From positions 124,001-188,000 of the forward strand of contig JAANOX010000101.1 in the NCBI GenBank assembly GCA_020184695.1: a stretch of DNA of 64,000 nt, given 5' to 3'. The stretch comes from Histomonas meleagridis 2922-C6/04-290x. Its lineage: Eukaryota; Protista; Parabasalia. This document shows positions 31,888 to 44,249 of this stretch, piece after piece. The translations under genes and the position numbers were made by a program. Positions within the stretch are counted from its first letter, which is position 1, and each line of letters opens with the position of its first letter. The notes under the pieces were generated by a model, which was not told the origin of the DNA, searched no databases, and saw only the letters and a program-made list of their open reading frames with translations.

Positions 31888-34800
31888 TTATTGCAAGTTC
31901 GCGAACTTCCACATGAGGGGGATCACGTCGTTCACCTCCTTACTGTTGGGTCCCATCTTCATGAAGAACTCCTTTATCATTGGCGTGAACAAGTTTCGTA
32001 CTATTTCATTCTGTGCGATTTCCACTTTCCACTTCGCCAACACATTTAATATTTCGAAGTCGATGTAATTTTTGTTCTTTCTCACCAAATTATTTACGAT
32101 GTTTTTAACTCTGTACATCACTTCGTAATTATTTTCGACGAATTTCAACAATTCGATCAATGCTTCTTTCGAAGAAGACAAATAAATCGCTTTCATTAAG
32201 TTCTCGTCGCATAACATTTTCGCCCATGAACATAATGCTTCAAATGGCCTTAAGTATATCGATTGCTTCGAATTATATTTCTCCAATTCATTTAATATTC
32301 GTTTTCCTAATCGAAGACAAAATTCGCAGTCTTCTTTATCAGATAATGTAGAAATGATCGATTCGATGGAGTTAGAGAACATTCCGCACGTTCTAAGTAA
32401 TGGTTTATAGACTTCTTTGTCGAACTTGTTACGATTTCGATCACTGAACCATAAGTTTTTCACTTGTTGTTGATTCGTATCATTTATTGCATCACATAAT
32501 TGGTGGAATATTTGGATAAAGGAATCATACATTGATTCATATGACGAATGCTGACGTTTGAAACAGAAATTAAACGAAAAATTGACCAAATATTCTGACG
32601 ATGATCGAATGTTAAATCCTTTAAATGCATTCTCAATAAACATTGCGATTTGATCAGCTAGTGCTCCTCCTTGGATACCAATGTTTGTTAATATGGATAT
32701 AGCTAATTGAACAATTCGATCATCTGATGACAATAATAATGGCCCAATAAATTCACTTAAATATTGTTGATGTAATTTTCCCCATTCACTATCTCGTGGC
32801 ATTTCTAATGTCAAATACTTTGGAGGAGTAATGAATTTAATTGGATTTGATTCTTTTGGTATTAATTCTCTGAATGTCATATTTTGACAGATGCCCTCAC
32901 AAAGCATTGGGGCCTCCAGTTGGCAGAATACGGGTCCCATTTGATTTTTCATTGTTTTATTCAACGATTTGAGGATCGTAAACATTTCAATTGTCTGTAT
33001 CGGCTTCATACCGATAACACTTTGAACTTTGAAATAATTAATAACAGAAGCAGAAATTGCTCTCCGAATATCAATATGAAGTTTAGGATCATTAACTATT
33101 TCATTTATATAATCCAAAGAATATTTAGGTATTGGCAAACCACAATATTGAGGGTCTAATAACCAAGTAGAAATTCTAATACGTGTATGTAATGTATAAG
33201 AATAATTATTTAATGATTTAATGGCAGAGATAAATGACTGAAGAATTGCGTCTTTTTTGTTTTGGTTTGTTAATGATAACAAATATTTATTAACAATTTC
33301 AATGCAATTTGAATGGAATAAATCACATGTGAACATTTTGAAAAATAACTTATAAATAATATTATTTTCTTCTAATATCCAATTAATGTTTTTAGGTTTA
33401 TCATCAAAATGAATTAATGTAAATATGAAATTACAAATAGAATTCGAAAATTGTTTATCTTCAGCACCAATTTTATTCTTAATTACATCGGAATTTAATG
33501 ATAATAACTTAATAAATGAATCATAAAATATATTAATGTTAATATTTTTGGATATTATTAAGTTATCATATATTATATTACATATTATTCCTAATAAATA
33601 TTTCGTTGATTGATAATGTTTTAATCCATCATTATTAAATCTTGATCGAAATGTAAGATGTCTTTCATTTCCATTATTATTATTATTTATTATATCTAAA
33701 ACTTCGCCATTAGACTTTAAGAATAACTTCGGTAATGTTCGTGGATTTGGATTTTCTTTTGTAGGTTTAATATCTTCAATTAAAAAGTCATTAATTAATA
33801 AATTAATTAAATGACTAATTAAATCAATTGATTTATAATTTATATGTTTCCAATCTTTGATATATTTCTTTAATAAAAAGATAATATATTTAAGTCCGTC
33901 TCCATCTTCTTTAATTAATTCACATGCTTTTTCATAATTGTTAATATCAAATAATGGCTTTAATAATGTTTCTGTTACATTTGGTATCCATTTATCCATT
34001 AAAGGATTTTTACCTTTAGGTTTAACTTTAATGTTAACATTTTGTTCATTTCGTGTGTTACTATCAAATCTAGATTTTGATATATAGTAAGTAGTTGTTC
34101 CATGGGAATGTCTCTTTAATTTGGGTTTAATTGGTCTATTTGAATAATAACCAGGTTTAATCTTAGAAACTTCTTTAGGCTTTTCATCATTCGTCTTTAA
34201 TCTACAATAAATTGATATTGGTGTAATATATTCTATTTTAAGTTTAAATGAATAATTATCTTTAATTTCTTTTTTGATTTCTTCTGCTTTAGTTACTTCA
34301 TAAGGTTTAAAGTTAAATACTTTATCAATCATTTCAAACGTTTCAATACATTTATCATCATTAAATAATCGTTGAATAAATGAATCTTCTTTCATTAAAT
34401 TACGTGTAAATAATATTGTCGACTTAGATATTTTTAATTCATATGAAAGATTAGTTAAACTCTTTAAATAAGTTTCTAATGTATTATTATTTTCATAATC
34501 AAATTCATCATATTTTGGTAAATTAATTTTTTGTGTTATTAAATCATTTTTGAAATTAATTCCTTTAATTAAATCAATTAAAATTGTTAAAACTTTTGTC
34601 GAAACATTTTCATATGTTTTAGGATCATAATTATTAACTTTATCATATAAATATTTTAATACTTCTTTAAAGACTAATGTTGAAGAACTTAATTGTGATA
34701 TATTAAATGAATTTATTAATTCATTTGTATAAATATTTGTATTAATACATTTACCTTTAAATTGTTGATTAGCTTTTAATGAACATGGATCATTTAATAT

Positions 34801-37146
34801 AATATTAACAAATTTCTTTGATAATAATAAATTCGATTGTTCTTTAGATAATTTGATTATATTTAAAAATCGTTTTTCTAATGGATTTAATTCATATAAA
34901 TTATATTCCGGTATAATAGTTAAATTCGATTTATATTCAAATGAATTTGTTATTCCAGAATGAATTTGTTTTAATAAAAATGGTACAATTTGTATATAAA
35001 CATTTTCGATTCCATTAAATTCTTTAGAATATGAACATTTAAGAATTGCTTCAAGTATAGCTAAAGGTATTATTGAATACGCTTTAGTTGTAAATGGAAT
35101 CTTTAATAAAATTTTATCAAATAATATTTCAATGAAATTATCATAAGCTTTAATACCATTATAAATATATAATGGATAACATATAATATTAATAAATAAT
35201 GTAATTAAATGTGTATCATTCATTTGAATGTTTCCATATTTACTTATTAAAAATCGACATAATCTAAGATATGCATTTGTTGTCTTTTGATAAAAATCTT
35301 TTTCATTAATCTTTAATGCTATAAATGATAACTTTCGGATAAATAATGAATATAATGCAAATGATTTAATTGCTATAGTTTCATCAATATTACGAATATT
35401 TGTTATTAACATTTTCTCATATAAATGAATATTTGTTTCAACTGATTCTGTATCTCGAGTTTCTTGTATAATTAAAGGTGGGAAATTAACAAATGTTTTA
35501 ACAAAACCATATTCATCAATTTTATTATTAACATTAGTATCGAATTTAATAGTTTCTGATATTAACTTTAAATCATCAAATAATAATAATAACCCTAAAG
35601 GTATTAAAGAAGATGAATTATTAGTTAATTCCATGTTATATTTATTTGGATTTGTTGGATCATTAATATATTCCTTAAGTAATTCATCACGTAATTTAGA
35701 TGGTATTAAATAAAATGGATCATTATAAGTTTCAAGTGTAAATGATTCATATGTTTCCCATTTACGATTATTTAATAAAGCTTTTAATATTATCGATAAA
35801 TATTTTGTATATTGTTCAGGTGAATTTTGTATAATTTCATTTTTCCTTTGTAATACATCTTTTATACAATTAATAATTATATTTAATATAAAATCATATG
35901 GTACTGAGATTTGATTCTTTTGTATTTCCGAGAAATTAGTTAAAGTTTCATTGTCTTTAGTAATATATTTAATTAATGTTTCAAATAATTTAAATTCGCC
36001 AATTCGGACATTTTGAATTGTAACATATTCGAGTCGATTAATTAACATTGGATATACATTAGATAATGGATGTTCTTTATTCTTAATTGATAAATATTTT
36101 AACATATTTATGAAATTAGTTCCTTGATTTTCTATCATTGAAAACATATTAACATAATTAGTTGTAAGTTTCCTAAACAAAGCAGAATTTGGTTCTGATT
36201 CGATTAATCGTGTAAAGCCTTTGAGGAATTTCGAATCTAAAAATTGTTTCGTTGTAATGACTTTCTTTTTGATAAAGAAACAGAATCTGAAATAATCAAA
36301 AAATCCGGAGTGTTCAGCCATGATTTGACTCGAAAAGAAGAAGTTTAATACCGAAAATTCTTCACTTAATTCAGGATTAAATGAAAGTAATGCTTTGGAA
36401 ACATCTGATTTGATTTGTTGATCGTCAACCCATAATTTATGCGCAGAAAAAAAACAATCAACGATAGGAAAGTATATTCCGTTGAAAAAATTATCGTCTT
36501 TGATAATTTCATCGGGTTGATTGAGTGCTTCAATCATTGTATCGGCTAATAAACGTGAAAATGAACGGCGATATTTTAAGACTCGTTTGGTTACAAAGTG
36601 ACGAAGGTTTAAGAATTCTCCTGTATGTATTCCGATATAAAAATAAACACCATCATTTCTAGCGAATTTGGCTAATCGAGATATTTGAGATGGCATTCCA
36701 TTTGTAATCTTGCCGTTAACAACATGGCAATTAAATACATGCTTAAGGTATTCATTTGATTGTAAAGATAAGATTTCTTTTGGAAATTGATAGGACCAAC
36801 TATGTTGATCCATGTTATTTATTAAAATATGGCCAATGGATTGTGGTAATGGGAGATGATCATAGTTTCTGATTAATATTATTAATATTTCTTTTCGAAT
36901 GAAATTGTTGGATTTATCAAGTAATTCAAGAACCTTTTCCTCCGTGAGTGATTTTAAAAATTCTTTTTGTGATTTGGGTTTCTTCAATGCAGTTAATGCA
37001 TATGATGAAAGTTCATCATTGTTTATCATTTCTGCAATTTTATCCCACATGGATAACATAACAAGGCCATGAATATAAGCTTCAGGTCGATCAATGAGAT
37101 CATTTATATTCTCAGCATTGACTGATTTCCAATTTATTGGTTCCAT
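31888..37146 (-). CDS. Large hypothetical protein (about 1752 aa)
   Basis: Uninterrupted ORF with first ATG at 37146. No domain recognised. Confidence 0.8.
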   Translation of the reverse strand: MEPINWKSVNAENINDLIDRPEAYIHGLVMLSMWDKIAEMINNDELSSYALTALKKPKSQKEFLKSLTEEKVLELLDKSNNFIRKEILIILIRNYDHLPLPQSIGHILINNMDQHSWSYQFPKEILSLQSNEYLKHVFNCHVVNGKITNGMPSQISRLAKFARNDGVYFYIGIHTGEFLNLRHFVTKRVLKYRRSFSRLLADTMIEALNQPDEIIKDDNFFNGIYFPIVDCFFSAHKLWVDDQQIKSDVSKALLSFNPELSEEFSVLNFFFSSQIMAEHSGFFDYFRFCFFIKKKVITTKQFLDSKFLKGFTRLIESEPNSALFRKLTTNYVNMFSMIENQGTNFINMLKYLSIKNKEHPLSNVYPMLINRLEYVTIQNVRIGEFKLFETLIKYITKDNETLTNFSEIQKNQISVPYDFILNIIINCIKDVLQRKNEIIQNSPEQYTKYLSIILKALLNNRKWETYESFTLETYNDPFYLIPSKLRDELLKEYINDPTNPNKYNMELTNNSSSLIPLGLLLLFDDLKLISETIKFDTNVNNKIDEYGFVKTFVNFPPLIIQETRDTESVETNIHLYEKMLITNIRNIDETIAIKSFALYSLFIRKLSFIALKINEKDFYQKTTNAYLRLCRFLISKYGNIQMNDTHLITLFINIICYPLYIYNGIKAYDNFIEILFDKILLKIPFTTKAYSIIPLAILEAILKCSYSKEFNGIENVYIQIVPFLLKQIHSGITNSFEYKSNLTIIPEYNLYELNPLEKRFLNIIKLSKEQSNLLLSKKFVNIILNDPCSLKANQQFKGKCINTNIYTNELINSFNISQLSSSTLVFKEVLKYLYDKVNNYDPKTYENVSTKVLTILIDLIKGINFKNDLITQKINLPKYDEFDYENNNTLETYLKSLTNLSYELKISKSTILFTRNLMKEDSFIQRLFNDDKCIETFEMIDKVFNFKPYEVTKAEEIKKEIKDNYSFKLKIEYITPISIYCRLKTNDEKPKEVSKIKPGYYSNRPIKPKLKRHSHGTTTYYISKSRFDSNTRNEQNVNIKVKPKGKNPLMDKWIPNVTETLLKPLFDINNYEKACELIKEDGDGLKYIIFLLKKYIKDWKHINYKSIDLISHLINLLINDFLIEDIKPTKENPNPRTLPKLFLKSNGEVLDIINNNNNGNERHLTFRSRFNNDGLKHYQSTKYLLGIICNIIYDNLIISKNININIFYDSFIKLLSLNSDVIKNKIGAEDKQFSNSICNFIFTLIHFDDKPKNINWILEENNIIYKLFFKMFTCDLFHSNCIEIVNKYLLSLTNQNKKDAILQSFISAIKSLNNYSYTLHTRIRISTWLLDPQYCGLPIPKYSLDYINEIVNDPKLHIDIRRAISASVINYFKVQSVIGMKPIQTIEMFTILKSLNKTMKNQMGPVFCQLEAPMLCEGICQNMTFRELIPKESNPIKFITPPKYLTLEMPRDSEWGKLHQQYLSEFIGPLLLSSDDRIVQLAISILTNIGIQGGALADQIAMFIENAFKGFNIRSSSEYLVNFSFNFCFKRQHSSYESMYDSFIQIFHQLCDAINDTNQQQVKNLWFSDRNRNKFDKEVYKPLLRTCGMFSNSIESIISTLSDKEDCEFCLRLGKRILNELEKYNSKQSIYLRPFEALCSWAKMLCDENLMKAIYLSSSKEALIELLKFVENNYEVMYRVKNIVNNLVRKNKNYIDFEILNVLAKWKVEIAQNEIVRNLFTPMIKEFFMKMGPNSKEVNDVIPLMWKFANLQ

Positions 37147-37264
37147 AATTGTGAAGTTGGCAATGTATTTCAAATAACCGTTTTGTTTCAATTAACTGTT
37201 GATATTTGAGCACTTTGACTAAAATATAATTCATTAAAATGATCATTTGAAATAAAAAACGAAA

Positions 37265-37344
37265 GTTCATCTGGCCGAGTGGTCCAAGGCGCTAGTTTAA
37301 GGCACTAGTCCGAGAGGGCGTGGGTTCGAACCCCACGGTGAACA
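37265..37344 (+). tRNA. tRNA-Leu(AAG)
   Basis: Acceptor GTTCATC/GGTGAAC, anticodon arm CTAGT-TTAAGGC-ACTAG, long variable arm, GGTTCGAACCC, and a T-run terminator. Confidence 0.92.
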
Positions 37345-37637
37345 TTTTTTAATTTTTTTATCAGTTCTTGAATGTTTTGAGCAGTCACAAACAATACCAT
37401 GTTTAAAAATTAAAAAAATTTGTCTAGCATTTTATATGTATGATAACTTCAAAATAGTTTAACTTTTTATATCCATCTTATTTGAAAAAAAAATCATCAA
37501 CTTGAAAATTTTGTATACAATAATAATTATTTTAAAGAATGTGTTTAATACCAATATACTGATACAAATGTAGGGTACTCCTGTTAAATTCAAAATATAT
37601 TTGGCCAATTCTTAACGTATAAAAAATTAATGAAGAT

Positions 37638-39272
37638 ATGGAAAGAAAATCAAATCGAATCATAAAAATGAAAAAAGAAGTTATGGGAAAAATTTCCCAA
37701 AAAGGTATTCTCAATAATCTTCAAGCAAAATATTTGACTTCTGTTAGGGAAACAATACATAATAATCCAAATTTTGATATACTATTAAAGCACAAAAAAA
37801 TAATACCAAAAGAATCATTTAAAATTGCTAATCAAATCACAGTGAAATTTTTACAACGACACAATTTGTTTTTCAGTTTAAGATGCGCTCAATTGGAATT
37901 TCCTGATTATTTTTCTGAGAGTGAACAGCAAGAATTGGATAACCCTGAAGACAAAAAAGGAGTAATTTATAAAATTATGAAAGAAATTCAAGAAAACAAT
38001 TTAAATCCATCAAATTCATCATCCATAAATAATTCAAATGGAAATGAAGTTATAGCAAATAATAACAGTATGCCATATAAACAGGATAATGAACTGGAAG
38101 GTAGTTTTTCAAATCAAGAAATTTTCAATTCTTCATCATCAATCAAACACAAATCAACAAATAAAGGAAAACATTCACAACAAAAAAACAATATCAAAAG
38201 CCATTATTCTAATGAATTACCAATGAGACATCGCCAATTTTTCAACAAAAACTGGAGTTCCAATTCTTCAAAAGATAACAGTTCAGTAGAAGATGAATTT
38301 AGTGAAAGTAGTTTTGATGATTTGGATTTGAGCTCTATCCAAAGGAAGGAAAGTGATAGATACAAAAATGAAATTGTCAACAACGATGATATTTTTGCTG
38401 CTGAAGAAATTGATTTTATTGATGGCGATAGTGAAGAATCTGAGCAAGAAATGAAATTAGTTGTCAGTGGTGAACAATTTGAACAAACAAAAGAAAACAA
38501 CTTATCAAAAACGGAAACGGAAAAAGATCAAATAAAGAACGAAAAATTTTTTGATTCAGAAACACATCAAACAGAAATTTCTCAAAATGTTAATACAGAA
38601 CAAATTGATAAACCTAAAGAAGAACAAAATTTAGTTAAAGAGAAAACAAATAAAATCGATTCGCCTAAGAATGAATACAATGATCAAACGAATAAATTAG
38701 AAATAAAAGCAGATAAAACTGAAGTTTTACCCGAAAAAAATAAATTATCGATACAAAAAGATGAAAATGTTATAATTGATTTGGATGATAGTTCAAGTGA
38801 AATTGTACTTCCAAAATTATCTAGCGAACTCAGTAGTTTGAATGTTGATTTAAATAGTTTCGAAAATTGTAAACATAATCAAAAAAGTAATTCGTCAATT
38901 GTATTGGATTTAGATTTTGATCCTACAAAGCAAAGTAGCAAAGATGACTTTGTCGAAATGTCGTATGAAGAAGAATTTAAAGAATTCGAAGAATCACAAA
39001 GTAAAAATCAGTTAATTGATTCATCAATTGATTTTACACAAGAGGAAATCGAAGCAATCGAAAAAGAGGAAAATACAAAAAAGAAAAATGAGAAAAATTT
39101 GGATGATTTGTCAATTGAATTTTTATCTGAAGGACCTAAAGAAGAGAAAAAAGTAAAAAAGAATGAAAAAAGTAGTGAATATTCGATAGACTTTACAGAT
39201 GATCCCTTGTCTCAAGGAGAAGAAAATAAGAAAAACAGTAAAGATGATGATGAGGAATGGCTTATTTATTAA
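37638..39272 (+). CDS. Acidic low-complexity protein with a possible LisH-like N-terminal motif
   Basis: 544-aa ORF. ITVKFLQRHNLFFSLRCAQLEF is followed by D/E/S/K-rich disordered sequence. Confidence 0.65.
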   Translation: MERKSNRIIKMKKEVMGKISQKGILNNLQAKYLTSVRETIHNNPNFDILLKHKKIIPKESFKIANQITVKFLQRHNLFFSLRCAQLEFPDYFSESEQQELDNPEDKKGVIYKIMKEIQENNLNPSNSSSINNSNGNEVIANNNSMPYKQDNELEGSFSNQEIFNSSSSIKHKSTNKGKHSQQKNNIKSHYSNELPMRHRQFFNKNWSSNSSKDNSSVEDEFSESSFDDLDLSSIQRKESDRYKNEIVNNDDIFAAEEIDFIDGDSEESEQEMKLVVSGEQFEQTKENNLSKTETEKDQIKNEKFFDSETHQTEISQNVNTEQIDKPKEEQNLVKEKTNKIDSPKNEYNDQTNKLEIKADKTEVLPEKNKLSIQKDENVIIDLDDSSSEIVLPKLSSELSSLNVDLNSFENCKHNQKSNSSIVLDLDFDPTKQSSKDDFVEMSYEEEFKEFEESQSKNQLIDSSIDFTQEEIEAIEKEENTKKKNEKNLDDLSIEFLSEGPKEEKKVKKNEKSSEYSIDFTDDPLSQGEENKKNSKDDDEEWLIY

Positions 39273-39480
39273 AAATATTTCTAGAATAATTTTTTTTCTT
39301 CTTCTTGCTGACAAAAACTTAACATATATTAAATATTTCATAATATTGATTGAACATAAAGATATATGTATTATGATTTTATCATTTTAGATGATTTTTA
39401 TTTTATAAATTTTACATATTTAATAAGTTTATGCAAAAAAATTCTTAAGCCTGCAATGTAAAGATTTGTAAACTATTGTA

Positions 39481-41532
39481 ATGAAGACGTTAATTATTCA
39501 GTGCATTTTTTTTGTCATGTTAGCCGAATCAAAACTCCAATCTCCTCACATGAAATTACTTTCTAAACTTGAGAAAATCATATATAATTTAAGTAAAGAT
39601 AATCTTGATAAGTCAATTCAAAAAACTATGAAATCATTTGATTTCGATTTTCCATTTTCATATAATTTAATTATTAGCGCATTAGTTTACCATGCATTTT
39701 ATTCTAAGAATGATTCAGATGATATTTATATTGATTATTTAGAAGGGATTCAAACAAAAGAAGAAGAAAATGATCAAATTGGCCAAAAGATTATTGACAT
39801 TTTTTATAATTATATGTGTAAAAATAATATAAAAGAATCATATCATTTAATTGAAAAAATGATCGAACGAAATTTGTTAGACGACGATAAAAAGTCTAAA
39901 TATCAAAATTCTGATTTTCTTTTACATGAAATTAAGAAAATATATCATAAAAGTTACAAAGAATTAACAGATGATGAATTAGAACTTCATAAGAAATCAT
40001 TAAAAGAAGGAGTTAATACAAGTGAAATAGCAACAATAATTCGAAATGATGAAATCCAAAAGCTTCAAAATGAAGCAATAGCATCAAGTTTTGATTATGA
40101 TCAAAAAATCGAACAATCATTTTATGAAAAACATTCATTTATTAATCATGATAAAGTTTCACTTATTGATTACGCAGCATTTTTTGGATCTATTGAATGC
40201 TTTAAATACTTAATGTTAAATGAAGCTAATATGAATAATGCAGGTAAATATGCAATTGCTGGAGGAAATCTTGAAATCATTTATTTATGTGAAAAAGAAC
40301 ATTTAACTTTTAAAGGCGCATATGAAGCAGCAATTAAATTCCATAAAAATGATATCTTTAAGTATGTTTTTGAAAACAAATTAGAAACCTTATATGAACA
40401 TGATAAAGATATTAGAGAATTAGGATGTTTTTGTATTAAATATGGAAATTATGAAATTTTTTCTTATTTAGAAGACAAAATAAAAATTAATGATAAAGTT
40501 ATTAATGCAACAGCAAAAATTGGTAATTTATATATGATAAAATATTTCATTCAAGATTATCAAGTTCCCAAAGATATTTTAGTGAATTCGATCGAATCAA
40601 ATAATATTGAACTTGTTAAATATGTTTTGGCTCAAGATGGATCTGATATTAATGCTAAATATATTTATTTCATCAATTTGAAATTTTATAATAAAATTTA
40701 ATGTTTTTTAAATATGTTTAAAACACCACTAATTTTGGCAATTGAAATTGGCTCTCTTGAATTAACTAAAATGCTTCTTAACATAAAAGAAATTGAAATA
40801 AATCTCAAAGGAGGAATTTCTTTGTTATGTTTCAAATTTAATTAAATAATTTGATATTTGATGGAAATATTTGGAAATTGTTTTATGTATTTAATACACC
40901 TCTTATTCATGCAGCTCAATTTGGTAACACTGAAATAGTTAAATTACTTCTTGAACAAGAAGGAATTGATATTAATGCTAAAAACATTTATTTATTTTAT
41001 TTCTTGTTTGTTACAATAATTTTATATTTCAAAATGATTTTTGGAATTTGTTAACATTATTTGAAACTGCACTTACAGTCGTATCAAGAAATGGTTGTAC
41101 AGAAATAGTCAAATTACTTCTTGAACAAAAAGGAATTGATACTAATGCTAAAAATATTTAATTATTTATATTTATTGCTTGCTTTAATAAATTCTTGTTT
41201 CAAAATTTTATTTGGAATTTATTTGATATGTTTTATACAGCACTGATATGGGCATCTATAAATGGTAACACAGAAACTGTTAAATTACTTCTTGATCAAG
41301 AAAGCGATGAAAATAAAGATTTAAATAATTGTTTATAATATTTGCTGTTTGTTAAATTAATTTCGAAATATCTCAAAATGTTATTTAGAAATTATTCAAA
41401 TTATTTAGTAAGGCTCTCAAGAAAGCAACTGAAAAAGAACATAATGAAATAATTGAATTGCTTCGCGAGAAAGGCGTTAATGAAATTATTAATGAAAGTT
41501 CCAAATCTGGTGGTTTTGACGAAGTAGAATAA
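39481..41532 (+). CDS. DUF3447-type/ankyrin gene (array H) with 5 inserts
   Basis: ORF 39481..40701 (true start may be ATG 39517), repeats at 40723, 40896, 41066, 41237 and 41410, and a unique tail SSKSGGFDEVE* ending in TAAA. Confidence 0.8.
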
Positions 41533-41969
41533 AAAATTTAACTTCATCAATTTTTTTTTCAAATGTTTCGAAAATGATTCGTGTTTTATCCATATTGTAA
41601 TGTGTAATGAAATATTATTTGGGAAATAATTTCTTTCTGTTACATTATTTGAAAATGAAGATTTTTATTATTAAGTTGAACAGGAAGTTATAGAATAATC
41701 ATACGCATTATTTGCTATGTTATGTATTAATACTAAGATATTAAAATAAAATTAAGGAACATGAATGCTTAAAATAAAAAATCTATATTAAAAAAATAAC
41801 GTGATTGAATAAAGAATCCTCTCAAAATTACTATTATGAGTAATTACAAAAAATATTTACAAACTAGATGTATCATTTTTAAAATTCCATGATGGTATTG
41901 TGACTGTTAATTACTTTTTTTTGTCGAGTTATAAATAAACAACAAACAAACGATAGAAAATACGTTAAA

Positions 41970-41975
41970 TCACTT
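41970..41975 (+). promoter_or_regulatory. Initiator (Inr)-like TCACTT
   Basis: Matches the parabasalid Inr consensus and ends 12 nt before ATG 41988. Confidence 0.6.
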
Positions 41976-41987
41976 CACCTCAACAAA

Positions 41988-42677
41988 ATGAAAACAATTG
42001 GTCTTTTAGGTGGTATGAGTTGGGAAAGCACTGTTACATACTACCAAATAATCAACGAAACAATAAAGCAAAAGCTTGGAGGTCTTCACTCAGCGAAAAT
42101 CCTTCTGTACAGTGTCGACTTTGCTGAAATTGAAAAATACCAGTCAGATGGAGATTGGGATAAAAGCGCCGAAGTATTGGGAAAGGCCGCTTCTAACCTA
42201 CAGAAAGCAGGTGCTGATTTTATTGTAATCTGTACAAATACAATGCACAAAGTAGCACCACAGATTCAAGAGCAGATTTCAATACCTATTGTTCATATTG
42301 CAGATGCTACTGCAGAAGCCTTACTTCTCGCTGGCCATCATACTGTTGCATTACTTGGTACCAAATATACGATGACGCAAGATTTTTATAAAAGCAAATT
42401 AGAAGGTCATGGAATCAAAGTTTTAGTTCCTGAGCAGAATGATATTGAAACTGTTAACACTGTAATTTATGATGAACTATGTCGAGGTATTATTTCTCCT
42501 GAATCACGGGCAAAATATGTGGAAATCATCAAGAAACTGGAAAAGATAGGTGCTGAAGCTGTAATACTTGGCTGTACAGAAATCGGACTGCTAATTCACC
42601 AATCAGATTCGCCATTACATGTGTTTGATACCACATTTATTCATGCAGAAAAAGCTGCATTAAAAGCGCTGGAGTGA
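41988..42677 (+). CDS. Aspartate/glutamate racemase family, YgeA/RacX-like (bacterial type)
   Basis: MKTIGLLGGMSWEST, CTNTMH and LGCTEI motifs. 229 aa, intronless, higher GC than the flanks. Confidence 0.92.
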   Translation: MKTIGLLGGMSWESTVTYYQIINETIKQKLGGLHSAKILLYSVDFAEIEKYQSDGDWDKSAEVLGKAASNLQKAGADFIVICTNTMHKVAPQIQEQISIPIVHIADATAEALLLAGHHTVALLGTKYTMTQDFYKSKLEGHGIKVLVPEQNDIETVNTVIYDELCRGIISPESRAKYVEIIKKLEKIGAEAVILGCTEIGLLIHQSDSPLHVFDTTFIHAEKAALKALE

Positions 42678-43008
42678 GAAATTTTCTTTCAATGCATTTT
42701 TTTTTTTTTGGATTTCTTATAAACATAAATTATCTAAATTTTGCATCAACATGTTTGATAATGTTTTCAAATATGATTTATTTTACCATTCCATGTCTAC
42801 TTTCGTCATAATTGTTGAATGCTAGCTAAATTATAATAATATTTCTTCTTATTTGATTTTAGTGAAATAAAAGGAAAATACATTTTTCATGTTTTCATTT
42901 TTATGTTTAACTTAAAGTGAAGAATAAAGTTTATAATTTATTATTAAGAGCAAAAACTAATTAGACGGAAATTGAAAAATTAAAATATATATAGTGAAAG
43001 GATTTTAT

Positions 43009-43660
43009 TTATAATTTTTTATTGTTTCCTTTCCAAAAGCATTCTAATCTCTTCAAAATTACTATCCACATATTCATAAGCTGTTTTGAAAAATTAATTG
43101 AAATACCAGTATTTAAAAAAGAATACTGAAACAAATAAATGGATATTTTAACAAACAAAAAAACATCTTTGATTGTAACATCTATATCTTCTCTATTCAA
43201 AAGCAAATGCACAATATCGATTTTGTTTTTCATACAAGCCCATATCAATGCTGTTTCATATTATTTAAGCAAACTCCATTTTATTTAAATATATTTTAAT
43301 ATAAATTAATTAACCTTTTGTAAATTGAATAAATTGTTTGAAGATTCACATTAATTCCATCATATGCAAGAAGTAATTTTGTGACTTCAATAAATCCATA
43401 TCTACATGCATGCATTAAAGCTGTTTCAATAAAAATAATAAAACACCAAATTAAGTTGTAAAATATCAAAAAAATTTAGAAAACATACAAACGACGACGT
43501 TTAAGAACTGCATTGCTTTGGCAAAAGTTTTCATTAGAGATAATCTTATAAGTGAAAGCGTATATGTTTTTGTAGAATGTACTGAGCTCACAAATATTAC
43601 AGTTATTCGAACCTCAAATAATAACATTGATGCCATCCAATGTTTAAATAGTGGAAACAT
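43009..43660 (-). CDS. Small ankyrin gene (array I) with 3 inserts, start uncertain
   Basis: TALMHACRYG, TALIWACMKN and TAYEYVDSN units at 171/170-nt spacing. Ends LLERKQ* at 43009. Confidence 0.5.
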
Positions 43661-44249
43661 TTAGTTTACCATTGTTTTTAATAACCAATATTTTCCTCTG
43701 AATAAAGAGATAATGATCTTGAACTTTAGATTAATAAAAAATGGCACCAATGATCAAAATGTTGATTTTTATGTATTCTATGATATCTTCTTTAATAATT
43801 GAATATAAATGCTTATTGTTATAATCCTATGCAATGATTTCTTTTAGGTTTGAATTTCTGCTTTTGGTTTATTATTAAGAAATCCAGAACTTGATGCTTA
43901 TTTGAATTGTTACTGATTTTACTTTGTTTCTTGATCAAATTTGTGACTGAAATTTCGATTTTTTTATTTAAACCAGGTAATAGTGTAACTTTTGCAGTAA
44001 TTGTTGCAATTACTTCTTATTTTACAAATAGGGATTTTAGTGTGTTTGTTTCAATATTTTTATGCTTCCTTGAAGATGAAGAAATGATTTGCTCCTCAGA
44101 TTTAAATTAATGATTATATGAGTAAATGAGCAAACGAACTTTTTGCTATTTCTTGTTTGAGTATTTTTTTTTAAATTACTTATAATTCTGTTTTCACATT
44201 TAAAACTCAAAAAATTAAAAATTGGCATTAACACAATAAGATAGATTTT

